This document shows positions 42,328 to 51,289 of a DNA stretch of 55,795 bases, one piece after another. Source of the DNA: a virus; the IMG/VR virus record IMGVR_UViG_3300029267_001302. One strand, written 5' to 3'. How positions within the stretch are numbered: the first letter of the stretch is position 1; every line of letters begins with the position of its first letter. The position numbers and the translations under genes are program-made. The notes below the pieces were generated by a model, which was given only the letters and a program-made list of their open reading frames with translations, was not told the origin of the DNA and ran no database searches.

Positions 42328-45300
42328 TAACCGAAATACCTCCTTATTGTAGCATCAACCGCATTTCCTTCGTTTACATATCCGCGAACAAGATGACCGA
42401 CACGTTCTCCGTCCATTACGATTGTCATACCGTCAAGTGACCGTTCTAACCGATCAATCGCAGCCGCTAGTATTTCGTCGCGCGAATCAACGTCGACTGT
42501 TCCGTTTACTGCGCTAGATAACGAACCATAAACGCCTGTAGGTGTCGAGTAAGCAAGCGACACCGCCGGCACATCAGGCGTTGCCCATTTAGTCATTTGT
42601 TCGGCTGCGCTAATTACGTCATTTTTCATTCGTTTGATACCTGCGACAAGACCTAACGGCAAATATTTACCGACCTCATCGCGCATAAGACGAGACGGCG
42701 AATGTATGCCGAAAAAACTTTTAATCGACTTTAAGATACTGTCTGTAAATCCGCCGATTTTTCCAATTATCCAGTCTTTAACGGAATTAATACCGTTCCA
42801 CAAACCTTTAATTAAATCTGCACCGACATTAAATATGTCGCCAACTTTGTCGCCGATAGCGCCAGCCAATTTCTTGACCAAATCCCAACCAAGCGACAAC
42901 AACTTCGGAATTAATTTCGCTATTCCGTCAAGTAATGCAAGTAAAATTTTTCCTCCTGCTACAATTATTTTCGGCAAGTTGTCGACTAACGCGCCAGCCA
43001 GCTTTACGATGAGCGTTAAGCCTGCGGCAAGTAATTGTGGCAAAATCTTCATGATTCCTTCGATTAGCGCCGTCAACACCTTAATGCCCGCGTCAATAAT
43101 CTTCGGCAAGTTCGCAATTAATGCGCCAAATAACGCTAAAATAAGCATGATTCCGGTGTTAATTAACTGTGGTAAAATCGAAATAATTCCGTTAATTAGC
43201 GCGTCAAGTATTTTAATACCCGCGTCAATAATTTTCGGCAGGTTGTCAACAACCGCCTGTACAATCGTCAATATAATTGACAATACTGCATCAATAATCG
43301 CCGGTATAAGCGTAATAATCCCCTCAATAAGTGCAGTTATTATCGTAATTCCCGCTGTGATAATACGTGGTAAATTTTCTGCAATCACGCTTAAAATCGT
43401 CGTGACTAACGTCAAAATTGCATTTACAATCAACGGGAATGAGTTAACAATTCCGTTTAATAGGTTTGTCAAAACGGTTACGCCCGCTTGAACAAATTGT
43501 GGGAAAAACTGTGCAAGCGTCGTTATCAATGTTGTTACAATCGTGATAACTACCGGCAAGATTAGTGGAATTGCCGTCGTCAGACCTTCGATTAGTTTCG
43601 TTAGCACATCAACACCCGACTGCACAAACATCGGTAAATACGTGGTTATCGCGGTTATGATGTTAGTTATAACCGCTGTAATACCATTAAGCAGCGCCGG
43701 TAAATTCTGTTGCATTCCTTCTGCGATTGCCGGCAAAAATCGCGCACCGGTTAAGATTAGCGCAGGAATTCCGCCGACTAATACGCCGATAATTGACGGC
43801 ACTAGCTGTCCTAGCGTTTGTGCTATTCCGCTAAAGTCGCCGCTAAAAGCCCGAGATATCGCGTCCGCTAAACTTTCAAAGAACGGTACAATTTTCGTCT
43901 TTGCTATCTCGCCGAATACGTCTTTTAAACGTGATAAAACTTCGCTCGCTTTTTCGACGCCGGCTATAAACGCGCCTTTAAGCGCTGCACCGATTTTATT
44001 TACTGATTCTCGGAACGGCTCGGAGTGTTTGTATAGCGCAACAAACCCAGCAATTAATGCACCGATGGCAATAACAACAAGGCTAATCGGGCTCGTTAAA
44101 AATGTAAACAAGCCGCCAACTACTTTTAATTTTCCGCCTAGTTTCGTCAGAAACGGCAATAATGGCGCAATGGACATCATAAACAAGCCAATTCCGGCGG
44201 CAACCGTTCCCACAACGGCAATAAATCCAGTCAGCGTCGTAAGCACTAACGCCGCAACCGATATAAACTTCTGTAATTTCGGCGGTGCATTATTAAACGC
44301 TTCAATCAGCTTGGTTATCCATTCCACAAAGCGTTGTATGATAGGTGCTAAATGATCGCCGATTATTATTTGCATAGTTTCAAACGCGCCGTTCATCTGC
44401 TCAATTGCACCACCGAGACCACCCATCATTTGTTCTGCGGCTTTTTGCGATGCTCCTGCCGAATTTTCTAACGACTTCGTCATAGCGTCAATCTTATCAG
44501 GACCTGCCGACACTAGCGCCATCATACCAGATACGGCTTCCGTTCCGAATATAGCCGCTAATGTTGACGCCTTTTGAGCGTCCGTATAGCCGTCCATTGC
44601 CTTTGAAAGATCTCCGATAATTTCGCTTAATGACTTCATATTGCCGTTGTTGTCCGTTACTTTTACGCCTAACTCGTCTAATGCGTTCGCCGCTTGTTTA
44701 GGCGGATTTACTAAACGGAGTAATGACGCACGAAGCGCTGTTCCCGCTTGTTCTCCTGCTAGACCATTATCGACCATAATACCGACCGCAGCCGCTAAAT
44801 CTTCAATTGAATACCCAAGTTGCGCCGCAGGTCCGGCAGCATATTTGAACGCATATTGCATGTCCACAACACCTGCCGCTGACTGATTAGCCGCTTGTGC
44901 TAATATGTCAGCAACTCTCGAAGCTTCACTCGCCTCAAGTCCGAACGCATTTAGTGCCGATGAAACAGTGTCAGCCGTCAGCGCCAAGTCCTCGCCGGAC
45001 GCTTCTGCTGCCGCAATTATCCCCGGCATGGCGGCAATTATTTGATTAGCGTCGTATCCTTTCGCCGCCATTTCCGTCATAGCCGTCGCTACTTCGCTTG
45101 CACTTTTAGTCGTAGATGCACCGAGATCAAGCGCCGTTTGTCTAAGCGCGTCAAATTCTTCCGATGTTGCTCCGGCGATTGCGCCTGCTCTACGCATAGC
45201 TGAATCAAAATCCACGGATGTCTGTACCGCTTGTTTCAACGGAAGCGCAATACCGGTCGCAATTGCGCCGAACGACATCGCGATTCCGCCAGCAGTGTCG

Positions 45301-45425
45301 CGCAAACCTTTCCCTAAATTGTTCATTCGCATGCCAAAATCGGAAACTTCTTGTTTCGCTCTCCCCATCTCACGCGCGAGATCGCTTATGTCTGCGCCAA
45401 CTCGGACTGTAATATTTTCTTCCAA
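42327..45425 (-). CDS. Tail tape measure protein
   Basis: 1032 aa in the canonical position after the G/GT chaperones. It is alpha-helical and hydrophobic with a repeat core. TTG start after GGAGGGGG. Confidence 0.9.
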   Translation of the reverse strand: MEENITVRVGADISDLAREMGRAKQEVSDFGMRMNNLGKGLRDTAGGIAMSFGAIATGIALPLKQAVQTSVDFDSAMRRAGAIAGATSEEFDALRQTALDLGASTTKSASEVATAMTEMAAKGYDANQIIAAMPGIIAAAEASGEDLALTADTVSSALNAFGLEASEASRVADILAQAANQSAAGVVDMQYAFKYAAGPAAQLGYSIEDLAAAVGIMVDNGLAGEQAGTALRASLLRLVNPPKQAANALDELGVKVTDNNGNMKSLSEIIGDLSKAMDGYTDAQKASTLAAIFGTEAVSGMMALVSAGPDKIDAMTKSLENSAGASQKAAEQMMGGLGGAIEQMNGAFETMQIIIGDHLAPIIQRFVEWITKLIEAFNNAPPKLQKFISVAALVLTTLTGFIAVVGTVAAGIGLFMMSIAPLLPFLTKLGGKLKVVGGLFTFLTSPISLVVIAIGALIAGFVALYKHSEPFRESVNKIGAALKGAFIAGVEKASEVLSRLKDVFGEIAKTKIVPFFESLADAISRAFSGDFSGIAQTLGQLVPSIIGVLVGGIPALILTGARFLPAIAEGMQQNLPALLNGITAVITNIITAITTYLPMFVQSGVDVLTKLIEGLTTAIPLILPVVITIVTTLITTLAQFFPQFVQAGVTVLTNLLNGIVNSFPLIVNAILTLVTTILSVIAENLPRIITAGITIITALIEGIITLIPAIIDAVLSIILTIVQAVVDNLPKIIDAGIKILDALINGIISILPQLINTGIMLILALFGALIANLPKIIDAGIKVLTALIEGIMKILPQLLAAGLTLIVKLAGALVDNLPKIIVAGGKILLALLDGIAKLIPKLLSLGWDLVKKLAGAIGDKVGDIFNVGADLIKGLWNGINSVKDWIIGKIGGFTDSILKSIKSFFGIHSPSRLMRDEVGKYLPLGLVAGIKRMKNDVISAAEQMTKWATPDVPAVSLAYSTPTGVYGSLSSAVNGTVDVDSRDEILAAAIDRLERSLDGMTIVMDGERVGHLVRGYVNEGNAVDATIRRYFG
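42845..43655 (-). repeat. About six tandem 44-aa (132-nt) repeats inside the tape measure gene
   Basis: The unit NLPKIIDAGIK[IV]L.ALI.GI..ILPQL...G..L...L.GAL. recurs with variation through the protein. Coordinates are approximate. Confidence 0.65.
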
Positions 45426-45429
45426 TCCG

Positions 45430-45831
45430 TCACCCCCTCCGTTCTGTTCTCAACGTCGAAAGCCATGCGTTGATTTCGTCAACTTCTTTTCTTCGTTCAT
45501 TTATCGTCTTTTTGTCGTGAGTTTGTTCGTTAGGTCGCTTGAACAAATCCGTTATTTTCGGCCGTTTTTCCCGGTGTGCCTTTTCGATCATAAGCGCTTG
45601 AACTGCCATCCGCTCATAATCGTCATATCGTCGTTCATTTTCCGCTCGCATAAGAATCTCAAACTCGCGCGGTGTTAGCGATTTTACTTCGTGTGGGTTT
45701 AATCCTAGATACCGCCAACCGTTAAATATCGCTTGATCGTATTCGTCTCTTATTTCAGAAGTTGTTCCATCGCTTTCTTCGCTTCTTTGTTCTCTTTCAG
45801 CAGTTTCTCCACTGTCTTTTTGTAGAAAAAA
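45430..45831 (-). CDS. Tail assembly chaperone -1 frameshift extension (gpT-like part of the G/GT pair)
   Basis: The -1 frame is open from the slippery heptamer T_TTT_TTC (45831-45825, zero frame agT TTT TTC) across the TAC stop to 45430. C_AAA_AAG (45822-45816) is an alternative slip site. Confidence 0.65.
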   Translation of the reverse strand, partial: FFLQKDSGETAEREQRSEESDGTTSEIRDEYDQAIFNGWRYLGLNPHEVKSLTPREFEILMRAENERRYDDYERMAVQALMIEKAHREKRPKITDLFKRPNEQTHDKKTINERRKEVDEINAWLSTLRTERRG

Positions 45832-46115
45832 CTATTCGTAACAATTTCGTTAGACAATTTAACAATTCCGTCGAGATCGAGTTTTTCGTTTTGAATTGCT
45901 TCATCAATTGCTTTTTCAATGTCTTTTAACGCGAAATTTTCGCCAGTGTGGAACAGTGCAGCATGAATAACGTGCGGGAAAGTGTTGAGGTCGCCCATAA
46001 TCGCTTTTCCGATAACTTCAAACGAACCACCTTCGAATAAACCATTTAAGTATTTAACGCTTTCAAATGTTAACTTCAATTCGTACTCTTTTCCGTTTAT
46101 TTCAAAACGTGCCAT
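45750..46115 (-). CDS. Tail assembly chaperone (gpG-like)
   Basis: 121 aa between the major tail and tape measure genes. It carries the slippery site near its 3' end. Confidence 0.75.
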   Translation of the reverse strand: MARFEINGKEYELKLTFESVKYLNGLFEGGSFEVIGKAIMGDLNTFPHVIHAALFHTGENFALKDIEKAIDEAIQNEKLDLDGIVKLSNEIVTNSFFYKKTVEKLLKENKEAKKAMEQLLK

Positions 46116-46140
46116 ACGTTATTACCTCCGTCATTATTTT

Positions 46141-46172
46141 AATAAAGAAAAGACGGGCGATTGCCCGCCGTC
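46141..46172 (-). terminator. Hairpin plus T-run after the major tail gene (attenuating terminator)
   Basis: The minus strand reads GACGGCGGGC-AATC-GCCCGTC followed by TTTTCTTTATT. Confidence 0.6.
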
Positions 46173-46174
46173 AA

Positions 46175-46618
46175 TTAATCGATAGATGTTGCGCCTTCTG
46201 GAACTTCCGTCAATGTCTCCTTCGTCGTACTTCCTACCAACGTCGCTTCAAACGAGAAAGTGGCATTTTCTTCGTCAGGGTATTCGAATTCAAGCGAGGA
46301 AATCATGTATTTCCCGACTTCCGCTTCTTTTGTATCAACGTTGATTTCCAGAATTTCTGCAAATTTCTTGTTTTTAATGCAATCTCTCAAATGTTCAAGC
46401 GCAGGATCATCTATCCCAACTAAGCCTTCGAAAGAAATCGTTTCAGTGACGGCTCCATAGTCCACACCGTCAATGTCCTTCGTATTTACTTCAATTTCAT
46501 CCGCTTCATACGAACGACCGCCCGTTGTTTGATAAAGAACGCGCAAAATTTGTTGTTGAGATTGTTCGTCGGTAAAACGGACTGCATAGACAATTTTTTC
46601 GCCTTTTAAAACCGGCAT
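46175..46618 (-). CDS. Major tail protein
   Basis: 147 aa directly upstream of the chaperone pair. The pattern is phi13-family-like. Confidence 0.7.
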   Translation of the reverse strand: MPVLKGEKIVYAVRFTDEQSQQQILRVLYQTTGGRSYEADEIEVNTKDIDGVDYGAVTETISFEGLVGIDDPALEHLRDCIKNKKFAEILEINVDTKEAEVGKYMISSLEFEYPDEENATFSFEATLVGSTTKETLTEVPEGATSID

Positions 46619-46625
46619 TTATTAG

Positions 46626-47078
46626 TCACTCCTTCGTTTTTGTTTCGATGTTTTGAACAAACACGTCAAAATAAACACGGTGGTATTGAGATTTTTCTGT
46701 GATGTCATCTACCGGCATAGGAACGATACGCTCGACAGTGCAATTAAAAAAGCCAACCGATGGAAATCCCGGCTGGCTCGTATCAAGCAACGCAAAATCG
46801 TCGTAAAGAAAAATTTTACGTACATTTTCTTGTAATTTAGACCGTTCTGCTGCTGTTTTTGCGAATAATCCGACTTGAAAACGGTATATCGTTTCGACTG
46901 CTTCGCGTTGTTTCGCAAGTATTGTTATATCGTCTTGCATTTGTTCAATCGTTACATACGGCTTTTGCGTTTCGTCCGGCAACGTCACGCCGTCGAAAAT
47001 CCAAATAACGCGTAAACCTGTTTTCTGCTCTAGGTGACGTATGATTGACGCTTGAATATCGTACTGCAAATTCGTCAC
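46626..47078 (-). CDS. Tail terminator / tail completion protein candidate
   Basis: 150 aa. The call rests on position, immediately upstream of the major tail gene. Confidence 0.45.
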   Translation of the reverse strand: MTNLQYDIQASIIRHLEQKTGLRVIWIFDGVTLPDETQKPYVTIEQMQDDITILAKQREAVETIYRFQVGLFAKTAAERSKLQENVRKIFLYDDFALLDTSQPGFPSVGFFNCTVERIVPMPVDDITEKSQYHRVYFDVFVQNIETKTKE

Positions 47079-47437
47079 CCTTTCGTTATTCGATTGCGTA
47101 TTGCTTCGCGGTATTTCGTTCGATTATTCCAAATCGCTTTACGCACGAACCCTTTTTTCGATTTATGCTCGTATTCTTGTCGTGTTGCATACGGCAAATT
47201 AGAACCCCATTCCCACGCAATTTCTTCGCCTTCTGCTTTTCTCGGCGATGACGAAATTGAATTTTTTAATGCACCGGTATCAACCGGTGCCATTTCTGCG
47301 GATTCACTCGCCATTTTCCGAGCGTATGTTTCCGTTATTTTTTCAAGATCACGTTTCGCAGGCTCTCCGCCTGTTTCGGCGAACTTTTTTAATACATCGT
47401 CAATCCCGAAAACTTGTACGTTGAGTTTGCGTGCCAT
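47075..47437 (-). CDS. HK97 gp10-family neck/tail component
   Basis: The PVDTGALKNSI motif is typical of the HK97 gp10 family. Confidence 0.6.
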   Translation of the reverse strand: MARKLNVQVFGIDDVLKKFAETGGEPAKRDLEKITETYARKMASESAEMAPVDTGALKNSISSSPRKAEGEEIAWEWGSNLPYATRQEYEHKSKKGFVRKAIWNNRTKYREAIRNRITKG

Positions 47438-47844
47438 TACGAAATCACCCGCCCTAATACTTCAATACGATTGATTTCGCCGATACCTTTTTTGTCGATA
47501 GCGAGAATCTCGTACTGCTTGCCGTCATATTCAATGCGCTCAATTTTACCGGCAATGTCGGCAACGTCATCAATCGCAATCGATAGCCAAATGTCGCCAT
47601 CTTCGACTTCTATCCCGTTTTCCAATCGTCGATCAGCGCCTGCTCCGGTTGTCGAACTTATTTCGGTGACTACGCTCTGTACCGTTCGAATTACTTCCGT
47701 TTCTCCAATCGGCTCGTTCGTAAACGGGTCGCGTTCGGTAACGTCCTTGTACTTTACGATGATTGTTGACGTGCGATTTGCGACCAGTTCCGCACGATTC
47801 GCTTTCATCCACGTTATATCATGTTCGGTTAGCAACGTAATCAC
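47437..47844 (-). CDS. Head closure / head-tail adaptor candidate
   Basis: 135 aa. The call rests on position within the connector cluster. Confidence 0.45.
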   Translation of the reverse strand: MITLLTEHDITWMKANRAELVANRTSTIIVKYKDVTERDPFTNEPIGETEVIRTVQSVVTEISSTTGAGADRRLENGIEVEDGDIWLSIAIDDVADIAGKIERIEYDGKQYEILAIDKKGIGEINRIEVLGRVIS

Positions 47845-47847
47845 CTC

Positions 47848-48663
47848 CTACAAATATTCGTCTTTTAGAACCGGAACAATGAACGCTGAGCACTGCGGGT
47901 GTGGCGAGTAAATTTCGGTATCAGTCGGCTTGAAAATTCCGCGTCCTTTGCCATATCGATCTTCGCGTGCTAACTCATAGCAACGGTGTTGTTGATGTCG
48001 AGGGTGACGGCTTCCGTTTTCAACGATTCGCACCCAGTCCGCAACTTCGCTCCGTTCAATACTCATCGCGTTGGCTGTTCGGTATGCCGTGTTGCCTTCC
48101 GTTACGACCAACCGCCGAATCATCCACGTTTCGTTCTCGTAGATTCGACGTATGTTCCGCACCATCGCACTAACCGATTCGCCTTTAATTATGTCGGAGC
48201 GAAGCTGTGACGCAATAGCGTCGCGAATTTCTCCCGACATCGTCCAAATGCGATCTGATAGCACTAGTCCATCGTCACCAAATCGTGTAGCGACGTACTC
48301 AATGACATTCCGGTTAATTACGGTAATTCCGTCTCTAACAAGTGGAACGCCGATCACGGACTTCATCGCGTCGTTCACTTGGTCAACCGCGAAACTTGCG
48401 GATTCTTCGATAACAGAGTTCAATGATTCTTCGCCATATCTACGCATGGCCGCCTCGACCGATTCAAGCTCGCGCAACAGTCGCATTAAACGTTGACGCT
48501 GGATTGTTCCGTCAGAATCCGCAAAATCCGCAAGCAAGTCCGCAAGATCAGCGCGAATGCGTCCGATTTCGCGAATGGCGAACGCGACTTGTTTTTCATT
48601 GAGCTTGCCGTACTCGTTGGCGATTCTGCGGAAAATTGCGTCTAATTTTTCTTGTGAATTCAT
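47848..48663 (-). CDS. Minor capsid/morphogenesis-like protein (weak MuF/gp7-like C-terminal pattern)
   Basis: 271 aa. The C-terminus carries H/C-rich segments (RHPRHQQHRC...PHPQCSAFIVP). Confidence 0.4.
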   Translation of the reverse strand: MNSQEKLDAIFRRIANEYGKLNEKQVAFAIREIGRIRADLADLLADFADSDGTIQRQRLMRLLRELESVEAAMRRYGEESLNSVIEESASFAVDQVNDAMKSVIGVPLVRDGITVINRNVIEYVATRFGDDGLVLSDRIWTMSGEIRDAIASQLRSDIIKGESVSAMVRNIRRIYENETWMIRRLVVTEGNTAYRTANAMSIERSEVADWVRIVENGSRHPRHQQHRCYELAREDRYGKGRGIFKPTDTEIYSPHPQCSAFIVPVLKDEYL

Positions 48664-49031
48664 GGTCGATCAATCCGTTTCATAATAAAAAAACTAGAGC
48701 CACTTTTTCGCGCTTTTTCCACTTCGTACTGTCCGCGAATGTCTTGCGCTAGTTTTCGATATTGCTCAGAAACGTTGGATTTGTCGACCGATTCCTCGCC
48801 GTCCTGATAAGAAAAATAGTGCGCGGTAGCTAGAGCAATTTGCCAAGCGCCTTCGGCTTGTGCGTAAAGCAAAATTAAATTTACGTCAGATTCGGGAACG
48901 TTACTTGATGACGCAAAGCCGTGAACCTGCATCGCGTCATCAACGAGTTCCTCAGCGTCTGTTAGTTGAAAATTCGGAACGCCTTTAAACCGTCTTAACA
49001 ACCGCTGTGCAAGTTCCGTCTTTGTCGCCAT
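48660..49031 (-). CDS. Head-tail connector (gp6-like) candidate
   Basis: 123 aa. The call rests on position downstream of the capsid gene. Confidence 0.45.
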   Translation of the reverse strand: MATKTELAQRLLRRFKGVPNFQLTDAEELVDDAMQVHGFASSSNVPESDVNLILLYAQAEGAWQIALATAHYFSYQDGEESVDKSNVSEQYRKLAQDIRGQYEVEKARKSGSSFFIMKRIDRP

Positions 49032-49045
49032 TCAGCGTTCCCTCC

Positions 49046-49249
49046 TTACTTCGTAGACGTGTTGCGCTTTTTGGTTGCGGGCTTTTTCGGCGCTGACGAA
49101 CCTTTTTCACCCGTAACCTCCTGCGCAAGAATACGAACGTAGCCGATTTTTTCGAGATATTTTGCGCTACGTTCGTCAATTTCGATTTTTGAGCCGATAG
49201 GACGACCGTCAACGATCGCTCCTATCGTTTCTACTAAGACTTTAGCCAT
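49046..49249 (-). CDS. Hypothetical protein with a basic tail
   Basis: 67-aa ORF directly after the capsid gene. Confidence 0.5.
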   Translation of the reverse strand: MAKVLVETIGAIVDGRPIGSKIEIDERSAKYLEKIGYVRILAQEVTGEKGSSAPKKPATKKRNTSTK

Positions 49250-50265
49250 TATGGCGTGAATACGTCAGCGTGGAAGATTAGTCCTGGCGCTTCGATTGCT
49301 GGGAATCCAGCAGCCACCGCGCGTAAAACGGATTGAATTGGCTCTTGCTTGTCATATGCTTGCAACACAATTCCCGGTTGGAAATTGTTTTCAACAGTTG
49401 GACCGAGCAAGAAGTTACCAACGCCTTCGCTTAACATTACAACGCGATTTACCGGGAAGTATTCAACCACTTCATCGTCGCCAGTGTAAATGTCTTTAAC
49501 CGTTACTTTGCGGTCAGTAACAATCTGAATCGGAGGCAACCCAAATCCGTCAAGTACCGCGTTTAGTTCTGCTTGACTTACGCGAGTAGAACCTTCCGGA
49601 CGACCTGCTTCGGTAACGATCACTTTGTTCCGTAATAATTTCGCTTGAACTTCACGGCTCATTAGAATTACGTCTGGCGATTTTCCGTTAGTGTTTTCGT
49701 AAATTTCGACCCAATTTAGTAAATCGGCAATAACATCACGGTCAACGTTATTCCAATCATCTGGCGATGTTAAAGCAACTTTGTGTTCAGCTGGAATACC
49801 GAAATCAACGTTTACTTTTACGCCGTTTTTGTTATATGAGAAGTTACCCTTCGCTAATGCTTCCATTTTGATTACGCCAATACGACGTTGAATAGCTTGA
49901 ACGAGATCAACGCCTTTAAGCGCTAAACGCTCAATCATCGCAGCTTTTTCGCCATTATTACGCGCTTGGTTTAACGCCAGTAATTCTTCCTCTGTCGCGA
50001 TATATTTAATACCCATTTTCGCGATTTCGCCCATACGGGAAGCAACTGCGTCACGGTCAACAACTGGAGGCTCTGAACCGTATCCGATCATCGCACCAAT
50101 GTGTTTAGATTTTTTAATAATGTCGTATGCGAACGTATTTGAATAGATTTCTGCGTTCGGTAAGAAACGATCGCCTAACGTTGGTTCAGCTTCTTGCAAA
50201 GTTTCGTCTACTAAACCGCGCAATGCCGGCTCTTTAAATTCTTCTAAATGTGTGATACCTGCCAT
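49249..50265 (-). CDS. Major capsid protein (lambda gpE-like family)
   Basis: 338 aa. The N-terminal pattern ..RFLP......T.F.YD......IGAMIGYGSEPPV fits Phage_cap_E. It lies after the scaffold and decoration genes. Confidence 0.85.
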   Translation of the reverse strand: MAGITHLEEFKEPALRGLVDETLQEAEPTLGDRFLPNAEIYSNTFAYDIIKKSKHIGAMIGYGSEPPVVDRDAVASRMGEIAKMGIKYIATEEELLALNQARNNGEKAAMIERLALKGVDLVQAIQRRIGVIKMEALAKGNFSYNKNGVKVNVDFGIPAEHKVALTSPDDWNNVDRDVIADLLNWVEIYENTNGKSPDVILMSREVQAKLLRNKVIVTEAGRPEGSTRVSQAELNAVLDGFGLPPIQIVTDRKVTVKDIYTGDDEVVEYFPVNRVVMLSEGVGNFLLGPTVENNFQPGIVLQAYDKQEPIQSVLRAVAAGFPAIEAPGLIFHADVFTP

Positions 50266-50326
50266 AACTCTATTCCTCCTAAATTATTAATTTTTAAGAC
50301 GCATCCACACCGAAAGCGCCTTTACG

Positions 50327-50713
50327 TTAAATGTGTTTTACATATCTAATGTTTTTGTTTGCTTCTTTAAAAGCATCAGTAGCACCAATAATTTTCGCAT
50401 CGTAAACAGAACCGCGAACAATAACCTCGCCGACTACTACGTCATTTACTCCGTCAACGTCAACGTTCACGTTTAAAATTGCGAATTCATCAAAGCCTGG
50501 TTCGAGTGTTCCCGGAGTTGTTTCGCTGTACTCCTCGAATTTACCTGTTGTAGTATTACGAGCGATTGCTGTTCCGGCTTCTAGTGTTTTAGCGCCGATC
50601 GCAACCGCGTCAAGTGTTGCGCCTCCTTCGATGAATTGAAAATGCTCAGACGCTAAAATGTTTTTACCGCTTTTAAACGGCTGCTCAGTGATTTTTAAAG
50701 TGTAACCTGCCAT
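50327..50713 (-). CDS. Head decoration protein candidate (gpD-like position)
   Basis: 128 aa between the scaffold and a gpE-type capsid gene. Confidence 0.5.
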   Translation of the reverse strand: MAGYTLKITEQPFKSGKNILASEHFQFIEGGATLDAVAIGAKTLEAGTAIARNTTTGKFEEYSETTPGTLEPGFDEFAILNVNVDVDGVNDVVVGEVIVRGSVYDAKIIGATDAFKEANKNIRYVKHI

Positions 50714-50729
50714 TTAATGACCCTCCTAA

Positions 50730-51269
50730 TTATCTAATTTTTCCTTTTTCTTTCAGGCGTTTGAATATATTACGCCCGATTTCCGCCTCATCTTTCGGTT
50801 TCGGCTGTTGCTTTTCAGTGTTGCCTGCGCTTGGATCAACGCCTACTGCCCTTTTCGGCGGAATATCCGCGATTAATGTTTCGAGTGATGCTTTAAGTTC
50901 GTCCTCATTTTCGCCAGTTAAATACTTACGGTACCGTTCGATTTGCTCGCTTGTGTAACCTGCTTGTGCGAGTAATGCATCTTTTTTCGCGTCAAGCGCA
51001 CTCATTTTTATTTTTTCAAGCTCCGCTTGCGCTTTTTCGTACAAGGCCTTGTATTCGTTTTGTTCCTCAAGTTTCTTGCGCTCTGCTTCATCGCGCTCTT
51101 TTTCGATTTCCGCCAACTTACGTTTTAACTCGTTGACTTCATCTACTTTTTGTTTAAAACGCTCATACGGAATTTTGTTGTCGACTTGCGGTTTTTCCGC
51201 CTCCGCTGGCGATTGATTGTCGACTTGTTCCGTTTGTTGCGTTTGTTCTTTTTTCATTTCTTCGCTCAT
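50730..51269 (-). CDS. Capsid scaffolding protein (DUF4355-like)
   Basis: 179 aa, highly charged coiled coil, located between the portal and capsid genes. Confidence 0.7.
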   Translation of the reverse strand: MSEEMKKEQTQQTEQVDNQSPAEAEKPQVDNKIPYERFKQKVDEVNELKRKLAEIEKERDEAERKKLEEQNEYKALYEKAQAELEKIKMSALDAKKDALLAQAGYTSEQIERYRKYLTGENEDELKASLETLIADIPPKRAVGVDPSAGNTEKQQPKPKDEAEIGRNIFKRLKEKGKIR

Positions 51270-51289
51270 TCATAAACCTCCGTTTAACG

